A stretch of 64,000 nucleotides of DNA from a virus (IMGVR_UViG_3300021255_000109:1-64000); one strand, 5' to 3'; positions 35,712-47,119 are shown, numbered from the stretch's first letter. Program-made: numbers and translations. Notes: a model not told the origin generated them from the sequence alone.

Positions 35712-38080
35712 GCCTTTGTTGCAGAAATAATTCTGTTTCCTTTCATCATTATATTACCTTGAGTTGCCCTTCCTAAAAGAGGAATGTCAGCAGCAGAAAT
35801 ACAAATTGAATTTGTATCACCGCAAAGTAAAACTGAATCAGTATCTTCTACCATTATTGCACAAGTTATATAACTACTTCCTTTATAACATTGTACACCG
35901 CGTCCGCCTCTGCCTTGTACAATTGTGTCTTTTGGACCTATTTTCTTACCATATCCATCAGCAGTAAACAATGCTAAAGAATCATTCATCTCTCTGATTG
36001 GTAATGCTGCCACAACATAATCGCCTTCTGTAAGATTAATACCTTTTACTCCAATAGTCATACGAGAAGAAGCAGAAATATCAGATGATTTAATTCGTAA
36101 TACATAACCTTTATGTGTTACAATCATAAGTTGTGCATCTGCATCAATCAACGTTACTGCGGCCAATGAATCACCTTCGCGCAAACTAATTGCGCCAATA
36201 CCAGTTTTCTTTTTTGTATTAATATATTCATTAAGATTTGTTTTCTTAACTATACCATTTTTAGTTACAAATAATACAAAATTGTCAGCTGTATCTCTGT
36301 ATATAGAATAAATAATTGCAGGCTCTTCACCAATTTCCATAGCTATTAAAGCCCTAATAGAGGTTCCTTTTCCGGCATTAGTGCTTTCAGGAATATCATT
36401 TACCAAGAGTCTATACATACGGCCTTGATTAGTAAATACCATTAATTGATCTATTGTATTTGTTCTAATTACCGCAGAAGTAATATCCTCTTGAGATTTG
36501 ATACCTTTTCCATTTCTCTTCTGCGTGCGGAAAGAGGTTGTTGGAATTCTCTTGATAGTACCTCCTTCTGTCATTACAACTACACACTTCTCAGGCTCGA
36601 CAAATTCAATTTCTTTTTCTTCTTTTGTAATTGCAACTTGAGTAATTTTTGTGCGACGTTCATCACCATATTTATTTTTTAATTCATTAAATAAACGAAT
36701 CATCTCAGGGTCAGGATTCGCAATAATTGATTTTAAATGCTCAGATTCTTTAATTTTGTCAGCTTGTTCATTTTCGATTTCAACTCTTTCAAGGTTAGCT
36801 AATTTACTTAACTTCATATCAAGAATTGCTTTTGCCTGGACTTCTGCAAAATTATATTTTTGCATTAATGCAATTTTTGCGCTTGCTGCACTATCTGAAG
36901 ACTTAATTAATTTAATAATGTTGTCAATATTTTCTAATGCTTTTAAAAGCCCATCAAGAATAAATATTCTTGCTTCAACCTTTTTTAAATCATATTCAGT
37001 GCCACGAATTAATACATCTCTTTGATGTGCAAGATATATATCAATTAACTGCTTTAAATTTAATAATTTTGGAGTTTTCCCATGCAATGCAACTTGATTA
37101 AAACTATAAGTCGTTTCAAGAGATGTTAATTTAAACAGTTTCGCAATAATTGGCTCAACTGCAACGCCTCTTTCAAGCTCGATGACAAATCTAACCCCCA
37201 ATGAATTGGATTCGTCCCTAATAGCTGAGATGCCGCTGAGTTCGCCACTTTCACACTTCTGGTCAATATCAACGATAAGATTTTCTTTTGATACCTTGTA
37301 TGGAATTGATGTAAATACAATCGAATCTCTACCAGCTTTAGTTTCAATTTCATATTCTCCTCTAATTCGTGCGCGACCCTTACCCGTGAGATACGCAGTC
37401 GCTAATTCATCTTTATTAATTACTAATCCGCCCGTCGGAAAATCTGGGCCTTTTACAAACTGTAATAATTCTTTACATTCACATTTTGGATTCTGTACTG
37501 TATAAATAATTGCATCCATCATTTCATTTAAATTATGAGGTGCAAAACTACATGCCATTGCTACTGCAATTCCAGAAGTGCCATTAATCAACAAATTAGG
37601 AACAAGGCCAGGAAGATATACTGGCTCTTGCTCTTCATCTGTGTAAGCATTTATCCAATCAACTGTATCTTTTTTAATGTTTGCAAGAGTTTCCTCTGCT
37701 AATTTTGATAATTTACATTCACTATAACGATAAGCGGCAGGTTCATCACCATCGCGGCTACCATTATTTCCATGAAAATCTATCAATGGATATCTCATAT
37801 TCCAAGGTTGAGATAACCACACTAAAGCGCCATAGATTGAGCTATCACCGTGCGGATGGAATCTACCCATTGTATCTCCCACTGGCTGCGCGCACTTAAC
37901 AAACTTCTTATTATTGAAGTAACCTTTATCATACATATCGTATAATATTCTTCGTGCTACCGGCTTTAATCCGTCTTCTGCGCTTGGAATTGCTCTATCT
38001 GTAATTACGCTAACGCTATAATCAAGAAAACTCTGTTCAACTTCATTTACTATTGGTGTTAATATAATATTTTCACTCAT
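35708..38080 (-). CDS. gyrA: DNA gyrase/topoisomerase II subunit A
   Basis: DGLKPV.RR, HPHGD and AAYRY motifs; C-terminal beta-pinwheel repeats with a QKRNGKG box. Confidence 0.95.
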   Translation of the reverse strand: MSENIILTPIVNEVEQSFLDYSVSVITDRAIPSAEDGLKPVARRILYDMYDKGYFNNKKFVKCAQPVGDTMGRFHPHGDSSIYGALVWLSQPWNMRYPLIDFHGNNGSRDGDEPAAYRYSECKLSKLAEETLANIKKDTVDWINAYTDEEQEPVYLPGLVPNLLINGTSGIAVAMACSFAPHNLNEMMDAIIYTVQNPKCECKELLQFVKGPDFPTGGLVINKDELATAYLTGKGRARIRGEYEIETKAGRDSIVFTSIPYKVSKENLIVDIDQKCESGELSGISAIRDESNSLGVRFVIELERGVAVEPIIAKLFKLTSLETTYSFNQVALHGKTPKLLNLKQLIDIYLAHQRDVLIRGTEYDLKKVEARIFILDGLLKALENIDNIIKLIKSSDSAASAKIALMQKYNFAEVQAKAILDMKLSKLANLERVEIENEQADKIKESEHLKSIIANPDPEMIRLFNELKNKYGDERRTKITQVAITKEEKEIEFVEPEKCVVVMTEGGTIKRIPTTSFRTQKRNGKGIKSQEDITSAVIRTNTIDQLMVFTNQGRMYRLLVNDIPESTNAGKGTSIRALIAMEIGEEPAIIYSIYRDTADNFVLFVTKNGIVKKTNLNEYINTKKKTGIGAISLREGDSLAAVTLIDADAQLMIVTHKGYVLRIKSSDISASSRMTIGVKGINLTEGDYVVAALPIREMNDSLALFTADGYGKKIGPKDTIVQGRGGRGVQCYKGSSYITCAIMVEDTDSVLLCGDTNSICISAADIPLLGRATQGNIMMKGNRIISATKA

Positions 38081-38531
38081 AAATTCTCCAAAAAGGTATT
38101 TTATTTCCTGCTAATTTGTCTGCTAAAATATTACCTATATTGTCACTATGCCCTGTAACTTTTCTTAATTCAATACGATGACCTTGATTCCATAAATCAT
38201 AATATTCTTTGATAATATCAAGGTTTTCGGCCTTAGCTCCATTAGATTTAATCCAATCGTTTTCTGCCCATCTCCACATCCAATCCCTATAGGTATTAAT
38301 AGCATAAGCGCTATCACTATATACTATTGGAACTCCTTCTTCTGCTGATGGTATTCCATACTTTTTTAATGTATATAGGATAGCTTTTAATTCTTCGCGA
38401 TTGTTTGTTGTATTTTCACTTGACTCTCTATATAAATTATATACAAAATTTTCACTATTGTCAAGTACAACCACCCCAAAGCCTCCAGGACCGGGATTGG
38501 GGCTAGAGCTACCATCACAATAAATTTTCAT
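38073..38531 (-). CDS. rnhA: Ribonuclease HI
   Basis: YCDGS, TNNREE, SDSAY, KVTGH and N..ADKLA motifs. Confidence 0.92.
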   Translation of the reverse strand: MKIYCDGSSSPNPGPGGFGVVVLDNSENFVYNLYRESSENTTNNREELKAILYTLKKYGIPSAEEGVPIVYSDSAYAINTYRDWMWRWAENDWIKSNGAKAENLDIIKEYYDLWNQGHRIELRKVTGHSDNIGNILADKLAGNKIPFWRIYE

Positions 38532-38902
38532 TTTAAATCGTCTCCATCAATACGATCTAATTCATTTTTAAGAACTTTAATATACTCTTCTCTGCCGATA
38601 CATCGTTCTATAGCATTAAACATTTCTGTCGTAAATTGTTTAGAATTATAAGCAATTAAAGACGCAGCGTCCGGAACAGTTACCACACTTACTTCATCTG
38701 GCATTACTTCAGTTAAACATCTATGCATGTCTGCGGCTTGCTCAATATTAATTTCGTTAAAATTAAGATAAGCTACTACAATATCTCCAGGCTGTGGATG
38801 GAGAATACTTATATTTGAGTAATCTTCTTTTATTTTTGTAGCTTCTATATTTTTAGTTCTCTCAAAAGCCTCTTTTAATTCATTATAACTAAGATTAGAC
38901 AT
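38528..38902 (-). CDS. Hypothetical protein
   Basis: ORF overlapping its neighbours. Confidence 0.65.
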   Translation of the reverse strand: MSNLSYNELKEAFERTKNIEATKIKEDYSNISILHPQPGDIVVAYLNFNEINIEQAADMHRCLTEVMPDEVSVVTVPDAASLIAYNSKQFTTEMFNAIERCIGREEYIKVLKNELDRIDGDDLK

Positions 38903-40826
38903 CTATATTGGCCCTCCAAGCATTTTCTTCAATAAACTTCTTACGTGGAGTTACACTTTCTCCCATAAGTTCAGTAAAAATTCGTGCCACGTCTGCAACA
39001 TCATCCATAGTAATACGCTTTAAAATTCTAGTTCCTGGGTTCATTACGGTTTCAGCCATTTCATCAGGATCCATTTCGCCTAATCCTTTCATTCGTCCTA
39101 ATTCGAAACTTCTTGACATAGTTTTTCGAAAAGCGGCTAATTCAGCGTCGTCTTTGAGATACTTAAATTTAGTTCCATAGGTTGCTTTATAAAGCGGCGG
39201 TACTGCTGCATAGATGTATCCTTTTTCAATAAGTTCTGGAGCGAATCTCCAAATGAATGTAAGGAAGAGGATACGGATGTGACTTCCATCGACGTCTGCA
39301 TCAGCTGTAATAATAATTTTTCCATAGCGCAATTTGCTTTCATCCACGATGATCTTTCCATCTTTAACCTCCAAACCAAAAGCATCAATCATTGCACTGA
39401 TTTCTGCATTTTGCATTGCTTTATGTAAATCTGTTTTTAATACGTTAAGAATTTTTCCTCTAACTGGCAAGACCGCTTGAGTGCCACGATCGCGAGCTTC
39501 TTTAGTTGAGCCTGCAGCAGATTTACCCTCAACAATAAATACTTCACATTTACTACGGTCTTTTGAACTAGCATCAGCGAGCGTACCAGGTAAAACCGCA
39601 CGTTTCTTAGTATCCTGTTTGCGAACTGTCTCCTTAGCTTTTTTCGCTTTTTCTCTTGCCGCACGCGCTAATAGGGCCTTATCAATGATTGTTTTCGCAT
39701 CCTTAGGATGAGTATCAAACCATTCTTTTAATGAATTAGAAGTTAATCGTTGAACCGCTGTTCTCGCTTCACTACTGGAAAGTATATCTTTAGTTTGTCC
39801 AGAAAATACAGGATCTGGCATAATAAAACTTAAAACTAAAGTTAATCCTTCTTTCAATTCATCACCAGTGATATTCGCATCTTTTTCTTTTAAAAGTTTA
39901 TTTTCACGAGCATATGCATTAATCTGTTGAGTTAATGCTGTTCTAAAACCAGTTAAATGTGTACCACTAGAATTAGGAATAGAATTAGTATATAACTTAT
40001 AAGTATCTGTATAAGAATCATTATAAGTCATAGCTAATTTAACACCAATTTTATTTTCAAGATTCTCAGCATAAAATACAGAAGTTAAAACATTCTTATT
40101 CTTATTTAAATCTTCGATATAATCAAGAATACCATTCTGAGAAGCGATATCTTCAGATGGTTTATCTTTATATTTTAAATGAAAAACTAAACCAGGAGAT
40201 AAATAAGCTAGTTCCTGCAAAATTTTCTTTAAACTAGCATAATCAACTTCAATACCCTCTTTGAAAATCTCTTCGTCAGGCATAAATTGAATCCTTGTTC
40301 CATGTTGATAATCATTTGTTGCTGGCCAGTCTCTAGTAATAACTTCACCAGAAAGCTGACCTTTTTGAAAACAAGCGATACAATTTTTACCATTTCTTAC
40401 AGAAGAAACATTAAAATAATATGAAAGAGCATTAGTAGCTTTTGCGCCAACGCCATTCATACCACCTGAAGTATTATATCCAGTTTTTCCATCGCTATCA
40501 AATTTTGCACCAGTATGTAATTTAGTAAAAATATTAACTAAAGTCTCACTTCCATCTTCTGCTGGTCCAAATGGAATTCCACGACCATTATCAATAATGT
40601 CGAAATCATTATCTTCACCAACAATAATTGAACAACTTGTGCAATAACCATTTAAATATTCATCAACAGCGTTAGAGATAATCTCTAAAACAATTTGTCG
40701 AACACCTTCTGGTCCAGTTGATCCGATGTACATACCTGGGCGCAATCTAATAGCTTCAATACCTTCAAGAGTCTTAATGTCTTTTACGCCATAATTCTCT
40801 ATAATCTCATTTATTTTTGTTGCCAT
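38895..40826 (-). CDS. gyrB: DNA gyrase/topoisomerase II subunit B
   Basis: RPGMYIG, EIISNAVDE, DNGRGIP, VEGKSA, RGKILN, DADVDG and KGLGEM motifs. Confidence 0.95.
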   Translation of the reverse strand: MATKINEIIENYGVKDIKTLEGIEAIRLRPGMYIGSTGPEGVRQIVLEIISNAVDEYLNGYCTSCSIIVGEDNDFDIIDNGRGIPFGPAEDGSETLVNIFTKLHTGAKFDSDGKTGYNTSGGMNGVGAKATNALSYYFNVSSVRNGKNCIACFQKGQLSGEVITRDWPATNDYQHGTRIQFMPDEEIFKEGIEVDYASLKKILQELAYLSPGLVFHLKYKDKPSEDIASQNGILDYIEDLNKNKNVLTSVFYAENLENKIGVKLAMTYNDSYTDTYKLYTNSIPNSSGTHLTGFRTALTQQINAYARENKLLKEKDANITGDELKEGLTLVLSFIMPDPVFSGQTKDILSSSEARTAVQRLTSNSLKEWFDTHPKDAKTIIDKALLARAAREKAKKAKETVRKQDTKKRAVLPGTLADASSKDRSKCEVFIVEGKSAAGSTKEARDRGTQAVLPVRGKILNVLKTDLHKAMQNAEISAMIDAFGLEVKDGKIIVDESKLRYGKIIITADADVDGSHIRILFLTFIWRFAPELIEKGYIYAAVPPLYKATYGTKFKYLKDDAELAAFRKTMSRSFELGRMKGLGEMDPDEMAETVMNPGTRILKRITMDDVADVARIFTELMGESVTPRKKFIEENAWRANIDV

Positions 40827-40993
40827 TCAATATACCCCATCTTTTTTAAAATTTTACACACTATTTCAAATTCAATTTGATCTTGGCGTGTTTTATAATA
40901 AATCCAACCATCTTCTGTGCCTATATGCCAATAACATAACCAATATAAAAGATGATTTTCGTTTGAAGGAGGTTTCTTTTTCCAAATCCACAT
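40811..40993 (-). CDS. Small hypothetical protein
   Basis: First ORF after the TTGACA-17-TACAAT promoter at 41031-41059. Confidence 0.55.
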   Translation of the reverse strand: MWIWKKKPPSNENHLLYWLCYWHIGTEDGWIYYKTRQDQIEFEIVCKILKKMGYIEWQQK

Positions 40994-41078
40994 TCTTTGT
41001 TTTTACCTCAAATTTTTTTCTTACATGTATATTGTAACATATTTTTTTATTTTTGTCAACTTTCTAGCTAACAAGAAA

Positions 41079-41108
41079 AAGCCCAGAGATTAAAAATCTC
41101 TGGGCTTA
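41079..41108 (-). terminator. Intrinsic terminator of the lysis block
   Basis: AAGCCCAGAGAT/ATCTCTGGGCTT hairpin plus U run. Confidence 0.8.
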
Positions 41109-41111
41109 TTA

Positions 41112-41492
41112 TTAACCGCTAGGTTGTTGTTCGTCGCAAGTAGTATTATTTAGCTATTGTTCTTTCATTTTTAAAGCTAAATCAAATTTCTGCTGTTCTT
41201 GGTTTAGCGTTTGTTCAAGCTCTGTTATCACAGATTCATATTTGATACCATCTTTAGTATTCTCTTTCATTGCTTTTCTATAATAAAAAGCTTGACTGAC
41301 TGCATACGCAGTCCAAGGCAAGCCTACCATAGCTGTAAGCCATGGTAATTCACCAATATAAGAATTTTTAACGCATATAAAAGCTAATACAATAAATGAA
41401 ATAGTAATAATCCATATTAATGCTGACTCTTGACGTAATAAAGCTTTAGAAAATTCTTGTTTATTAGTTTTTGAAGAGTTTTCTTTCTTCAT
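41112..41492 (-). CDS. Two-TM holin-like protein, 126 aa (1 TAG)
   Basis: EFSK start, two hydrophobic helices, FYY.KA.KEN; directly downstream of the endolysin. Confidence 0.65.
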
Positions 41493-41495
41493 GAA

Positions 41496-42587
41496 TTACA
41501 CCTTCTTTACATATTTTAATGAGATATAACCAATACCAGATTTTAATTCGCCCCAATTATTATTCTTTTCGCCAATAATTGTATACTGTTCACCTTTATG
41601 AATAATTGCAACAACAGGGCTATTAGTCGTTGGCTCTTTTCTTACATTAAGCGCATATGCGGTAACTTCAACTGCATATGGGAATTTATTTTGAGGTTGA
41701 GTGCCTTCTTTTGCAATTCGTCCTTCTTTTTTACCATAAACAACCCAATGTTGTAAAAGCGCCATAACATTATCTCCAAAAGCAGCTTTTAAATCAGCAT
41801 ACTTATTTGCATAAAAGACTGGATCAAATTCATTTGTATAATCTTTGCCGCCATAAATATATGAAGGCGCTTTAGCTGTACGTTTTTCGTTTTTACCATA
41901 TTTTACCCAATGATATAATAGCATTGCAGCATCATTACCAAAAGCAGCTTTTAAATCCGGATATTTATTAGCATAATACTCTGGATCAAATTCATCATCA
42001 TATGGTACGCCTTCAAATACATATCTATAATTGTTTAAATTACTTGCCTCTGGGCCGTCATCTAAAACTACAACTGTATGACCAGAAGAACGAGTAACTA
42101 AAATATCACCTTTCAGCACTTTATTAGGGCTATCAGTCATATCATGCTTTGCAATCAATTCAAATTTACCACTTGCAGGTAAAATTACTGGCATATTAGA
42201 AGTATAAAAATCTCCAAGCATAATACCTGCATATGCGCAGCATAGTCTTACAAGAGCAGAACAATCTACATTTACATCTGCTGTAATAGTAGCTGGATCG
42301 TAATTTTCATTATTGTGCCATTTACACCAATCTTGTGCGGTCCAGCGATTGCTCTAACTATATCCAATATGCTTATTATTACATGCAGCCTCCATTGCAT
42401 ATGCAATTTTTTGGCGTGCTTTAGGGTCTTTAGCACGTAAAATATACCATCCTTTTGGATGCATATACCAAGGCTCCATAGATACTTCACCGCTCATATC
42501 AGGAACTGAAGTTTGTCTTTGATCGCCCTCTAATCCATTTACAAGTTTTCTATTTTCATCACTTCTTGCAGAACCGACTCTTACCAT
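41496..42587 (-). CDS. Endolysin: NlpC/P60-like Cys peptidase, two cell-wall-binding repeats and SH3b, 363 aa (1 TAG)
   Basis: IGYS*SNR, DCSALV and GDILV...GHT motifs; FDP.YYANKY.DLKAAFG twice; LNVR...WGELKSG.GYISL. Confidence 0.85.
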
Positions 42588-42588
42588 A

Positions 42589-44337
42589 TCATTCCTCCTC
42601 CTTTATTTTTTGTGTCCATTTTAATAAAATCCATCCTTCGCCGCCGCTTAATTTACCCCATCCATTTTGTTCATCAACAATAGTATAAACATCATCCTAA
42701 GCAACTACCATTGTTATTGTAGATTCAAGATTAGGCTATTCGCGCACATTAAGTAAAGATGTATTAATACGAACTTTATAATTAATTACTTCAGCTATTG
42801 GTAGAATAAACTCTTTCGCAACTTCACCAATAATGTCTCCATTGCGTGTAGTTGAAAATACAATAGTCTTTTCTTTAATATCACGTACATATAGAGTAGA
42901 TTTAAAGATCCAACCTGGAATTATTCTATCATCTGTATATTTAGCTCCATTAATAAGTTTAAATGTATCACCAATTTTCATATTATCATATATAGAAACA
43001 GTTCTCTGAGATACTGTTGCAATATATTGATCTGTTGGTTTTAATACTAATAATAATTTTTCGGTAGCTTCTCTTATATCATTCATATTCGTATCATGTT
43101 TATTAAACCAATGATAAACATCTGCGCAATTAGAAGCCAATCCATATTTATAAGCATCTTGATGACATAAAATAGTTGGTACGACATACTTATCATAATT
43201 AGTCATATTAATAGGGTTAAAATGGAATTTAGCGCATAAATATGCTAAAACATGAATAAGTTCCTAATAAATCATAGTGAAATACATTTTATTATTTAAT
43301 AGACCTTCACAAATTTGTATTTGTATATAACGATCATTTGCTGTACCATGTGAGCCAGCGCCACACTCAATACCCTAAATATCCCAAGGTAATGTTTGAA
43401 TTGCTTCAATTTTATCATTTGCAACTTTACCAATCCAAATATGCGCTCCGCCCATAACTTCGCTGTGATTCCAGTCATTACCATAGCTATTGTACCCTAA
43501 TAAAGAAATTAATTCTTCATAGTTTTCATCATTAGCACTTGGCTATACAAAGCGTTTTAAATATGGGCTATTAATACCAGTGCTATGAATTATTATACCT
43601 ATTGGATTATTTAATGGTTTATTCATCTTATAGCATGTGCTATTAGTCATAATACATTGAGTTGGACCATTATCTAATGTATATTTAGGTTCTTCATATA
43701 CATCCATAAGCGTTTTAGGATTAACTTGATGTAATGTAGAGCTAAAAGTAGTTGGTTCTATGATTGTAATATTAGAAATCTATTCTAATCCTAAATCTTG
43801 GATAGGATCTATTTCTAACTCATCCGTGATTTGTTCTTCAAAGAGTTCATAATATTGTGCGCACATAAATGCACGTATTTCAAGAGTATCTTCTGATTCT
43901 TCGGTTAGATTCTTATAATTTTCTACTATTGCATCAGAAGCCTCACGTATATTATCAGTATGTTTAAGCACGCGCCATACTCCGGCATAATATTCTCTTT
44001 GTAATTGTCTACAAAGAAATTCTAATTGTGTTTCAAAATCTCCAATAGATTGACCTTTATTATGCGCATATGCTAATAATTTTTCTTTATCTTCTGGTTT
44101 TTGCCATTGCATTAATCCAAAAGCTACGTTATCATTAACAAAGTCTGTATATGTTCCATCGTCAATGGCTTGTATATATTCTTCTTCTGATAAAGTTGGA
44201 TGTTGTGACGTAGTGGGAATTAAATCACTATCTATGAATATGTTGCCCACGAGTCCAGCAGTACCATAAGAATTTTTAGTTTTTCTTATGATAAAATTCC
44301 AAGCTTTTTCAGCATTTGTCTTTCCTACTAAACTCAA
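42589..44337 (-). CDS. Phage-tail-lysozyme-like + amidase_2-like + SH3b protein, 582 aa (6 TAG)
   Basis: AGLVGN, FGLMQW, QLEFL; IIIHSTG, LKRFV*P, QTLPW, ILCH; LNVRE...WGKL..GW. Confidence 0.82.
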
Positions 44338-44390
44338 TTTTTTTCTCCTTTATAAAAAAAAGAGACTTGCGCGAAGTCCCTTTTAGTTAA

Positions 44391-45647
44391 TTATCTTTTT
44401 AATAATCGTGCTAAATCAGCAATCTTACTACGATGCACATAACATAATTCAACTTCACCGTACAAATCGCAGCCACGGTACACTTTAGACACTCTTTTTA
44501 TTCCATTATAATCACCTGCGTATGCAGATAAATCAACTTGTGTTTTATCATCGCCATCTATAATGCAAATAGATTTTTCTCCAATTCTACTTAAAGCCAA
44601 TTGCATTAAATCTATATCAAGATTCTGTGCCTCAGAGATATATACACCGCAGTTATCAGGAGTTTCATAACCACGAATATCTGATAAAGGCAATAGTACA
44701 AGTACATCGTCATCAATTAGACGTTCAACTTCTATACGACTACCTATTTTACTAATTAATAGGTTACCGATTTGTGAGTCTAATAGCTTTTCATCTCTTG
44801 ATCCAGGATAGTAGCCTAGCTTTGCAGAATTACGAGTAGCTACTGGATTACAGAAAATTACAATTTTATTGATTAGACCTTTATCTAGTTTATGAAATAA
44901 ATACCCAAGGGATAAATAAGTTTTTCCTGAACCGGCAGGTCCTTTTAATAAGGTTAATTGGTTATTAATAAGCGAGTCTGCCGCAAATGCTTGATAAGGA
45001 TCATTCTTTACTGGTTTAACATCACCGAACCATTTAGATTGAAAAGTAGAGTATTGTAATCGTCTGTACCCTTCTCCTGTCCAGCACAATTTATCTATAA
45101 TTTCATTATTATCATTGCGAATAAGAATATATTCATTAGTTTGTAAATTATATATATTCTTGTCATATTGTGAATAAAATTCACTCATTTCTTCATCTGT
45201 TAAACTTACATCACAATAGCCTTTATATTTGTCTGTTGGTTCATAACCAACCATTTCAATACTGTCACTACCAAAAAATAAATTAGCCATACGTTCTAAG
45301 CTAATATCATTTGTAACAAATACAGTTTCATCAGGATGAACATCTGTGTCATATGCAATAGCACAAGCTAAAATTTTCATATCATTAGAGATACTTAAAT
45401 TCTTTTTTGTGATTGGTTCTAGCATATCATTTTTAAAAATTACAACATCATAGTTATCCTTAAATTCATGAAGTAGATTTAATAGATGACGAGCGGCATA
45501 TTTAATTTCAGAATCTTTATTATCAGAAGTTTTTATATTTTCAAGTTCTTGTAATGTAACTGATGAAATAGCAAATTTATTAGCTTCTTCAAATAACCCA
45601 TCCCTTAGTATTAACATACTACTGGTATCATAAAATTTATATGTCAT
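44391..45647 (-). CDS. phoH: PIN + PhoH-family ATPase
   Basis: FYDTS, NDMKIL, VTND; GPAGSGKT, IRG, EAQN, SRIG, GD..QVD. Confidence 0.9.
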   Translation of the reverse strand: MTYKFYDTSSMLILRDGLFEEANKFAISSVTLQELENIKTSDNKDSEIKYAARHLLNLLHEFKDNYDVVIFKNDMLEPITKKNLSISNDMKILACAIAYDTDVHPDETVFVTNDISLERMANLFFGSDSIEMVGYEPTDKYKGYCDVSLTDEEMSEFYSQYDKNIYNLQTNEYILIRNDNNEIIDKLCWTGEGYRRLQYSTFQSKWFGDVKPVKNDPYQAFAADSLINNQLTLLKGPAGSGKTYLSLGYLFHKLDKGLINKIVIFCNPVATRNSAKLGYYPGSRDEKLLDSQIGNLLISKIGSRIEVERLIDDDVLVLLPLSDIRGYETPDNCGVYISEAQNLDIDLMQLALSRIGEKSICIIDGDDKTQVDLSAYAGDYNGIKRVSKVYRGCDLYGEVELCYVHRSKIADLARLLKR

Positions 45648-45913
45648 TCTTCATACTCCTCTTCATCTTCTTCTGCATCTGAAAGGTCAGGAGCCTGGAA
45701 TCCAATTACATTAGTTTCTTCATATGGTTTTTCTGACTCTTCAGAAAGTTTTTGTACTTCTTGGTTATGTTTTGCTACTTCTACTGCCATTTTCCCCTTG
45801 CGTTTTTCTAAAGCTAATTGTATACACTCTGTGCAGCTAACAATTAATGGCATTAAAGCATCTTCAAAAATTATACCAAAAATAAAATAAAATAATTTCA
45901 AGAAAGCTACCAT
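45644..45913 (-). CDS. Small membrane-associated hypothetical protein
   Basis: Hydrophobic N-terminus, IGF motif, acidic tail. Confidence 0.65.
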   Translation of the reverse strand: MVAFLKLFYFIFGIIFEDALMPLIVSCTECIQLALEKRKGKMAVEVAKHNQEVQKLSEESEKPYEETNVIGFQAPDLSDAEEDEEEYEE

Positions 45914-45937
45914 CCTTTCTTATAATCTTTTTCATAT

Positions 45938-45978
45938 GAATATAAAAAGCGTGTAAGATATTTTATTGATTTTTGGCC
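45938..45978 (-). promoter_or_regulatory. Putative late promoter GGCCAA-N24-TTTTTATATTC heading the PhoH-lysis block
   Basis: Motif match with the 24-bp spacer. Confidence 0.6.
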
Positions 45979-46403
45979 TTTCTATAACTTATCACATGTT
46001 TGTGAAACTCTTCTTTATCGCTAATATAAGTTTTGAGATCATCTTTAAGCGAATGAATTTCATCTTGAATTTCATGTAACAATTTTTGATTACGCTCAAT
46101 AGTACGAATAAGCATTTGATTACTATAATCTTGCGGATTATAATACTTTTTACTTTGATCAATTACATGCAAAAACTTAGTTAGTGCATTTAACTCAGGC
46201 TTAATCACATGGTCACGCATATAAATAAGGTAACTAATTGTTGCTCGACGTTCTGCAATTTCCATACCTATCTTTTCACTTTTAAATGACATATCATCAG
46301 GGCTGCATTGAGCTGTTCCAATATGTTGACTACCATCTGATGCTGTGATTATAAAAGTCGCTAATCCTGTTAATTCGTCCCATGTCATTATAGGCTTTTT
46401 CAT
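45963..46403 (-). CDS. Hypothetical protein (G.A.C.PDD...G.EIA..R motif)
   Basis: ORF after the promoter at 46437-46465. Confidence 0.7.
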   Translation of the reverse strand: MKKPIMTWDELTGLATFIITASDGSQHIGTAQCSPDDMSFKSEKIGMEIAERRATISYLIYMRDHVIKPELNALTKFLHVIDQSKKYYNPQDYSNQMLIRTIERNQKLLHEIQDEIHSLKDDLKTYISDKEEFHKHVISYRKAKNQ

Positions 46404-46567
46404 AAAAGTAAACTCCTTTAATTTAATCTTTCTTATATTATACTAAAAAAAACGAAAAAAATCAATTTGTGCCATTTTCCCAAAAAATTACCATAGGCGA
46501 TCTCAAGGGCTGCAACGGCCGCTAACGCTGGTCATGGTAAAGAAAAAATCTCAGCTTGCGCTGAGAT

Positions 46568-47119
46568 TTAAACCTGAAATCGTGGGTGTGTTTTGATATC
46601 ATTCAAAATAGTATCAAGACTAACAGGTGTATTATTATGTGCATCAAGTTCTGCATGATAAACAATGCCCAGGTCAATATCTTTCCATTTGTCAGTAGTA
46701 TGAGAATGACCGCACACATTGATAATTCTGGCTTTAAGCGGCTTATCAACGTCATAATTAGAACACAGTGTAGGAAAATGAGAAAAATAAAAATGATAAC
46801 CTTTATATTTTAATCTATAAGCCAGCTCGACAGAATCAACATTCCATGATGACAAATATAAGATTTTTCTTGCCTCAGAATCATGATTACCAAGAACGAT
46901 ATGGATTTTTCCTTTAAGCTGATGCAAACACTTCATACCCTCTACATTATCATTTAGCATAACATCGCCAAGAAGATATACTTCATCATCTGGTTGAACA
47001 ACACTATTCCAATTTTTGATAATAGCTTTATTCATATCCTGTACAGTCTCGAACCCGCGCGGTTTATATAGAAATTCTTGCGTATGACAAAAATGCGTAT
47101 CAGACGTTACATAAATCAC
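46568..47119 (-). CDS. Calcineurin-like metallophosphoesterase
   Basis: SDTHF, LGD, GNHD and GHSH motifs. Confidence 0.9.
   Translation of the reverse strand: MIYVTSDTHFCHTQEFLYKPRGFETVQDMNKAIIKNWNSVVQPDDEVYLLGDVMLNDNVEGMKCLHQLKGKIHIVLGNHDSEARKILYLSSWNVDSVELAYRLKYKGYHFYFSHFPTLCSNYDVDKPLKARIINVCGHSHTTDKWKDIDLGIVYHAELDAHNNTPVSLDTILNDIKTHPRFQV

Noticed and set aside
352-44337. Fragmented ORFs as pseudogenes or a decayed prophage
   Set aside because: Breaks are exclusively in-frame TAG, with no frameshifts and intact motifs on both sides, and a CUA tRNA is present.
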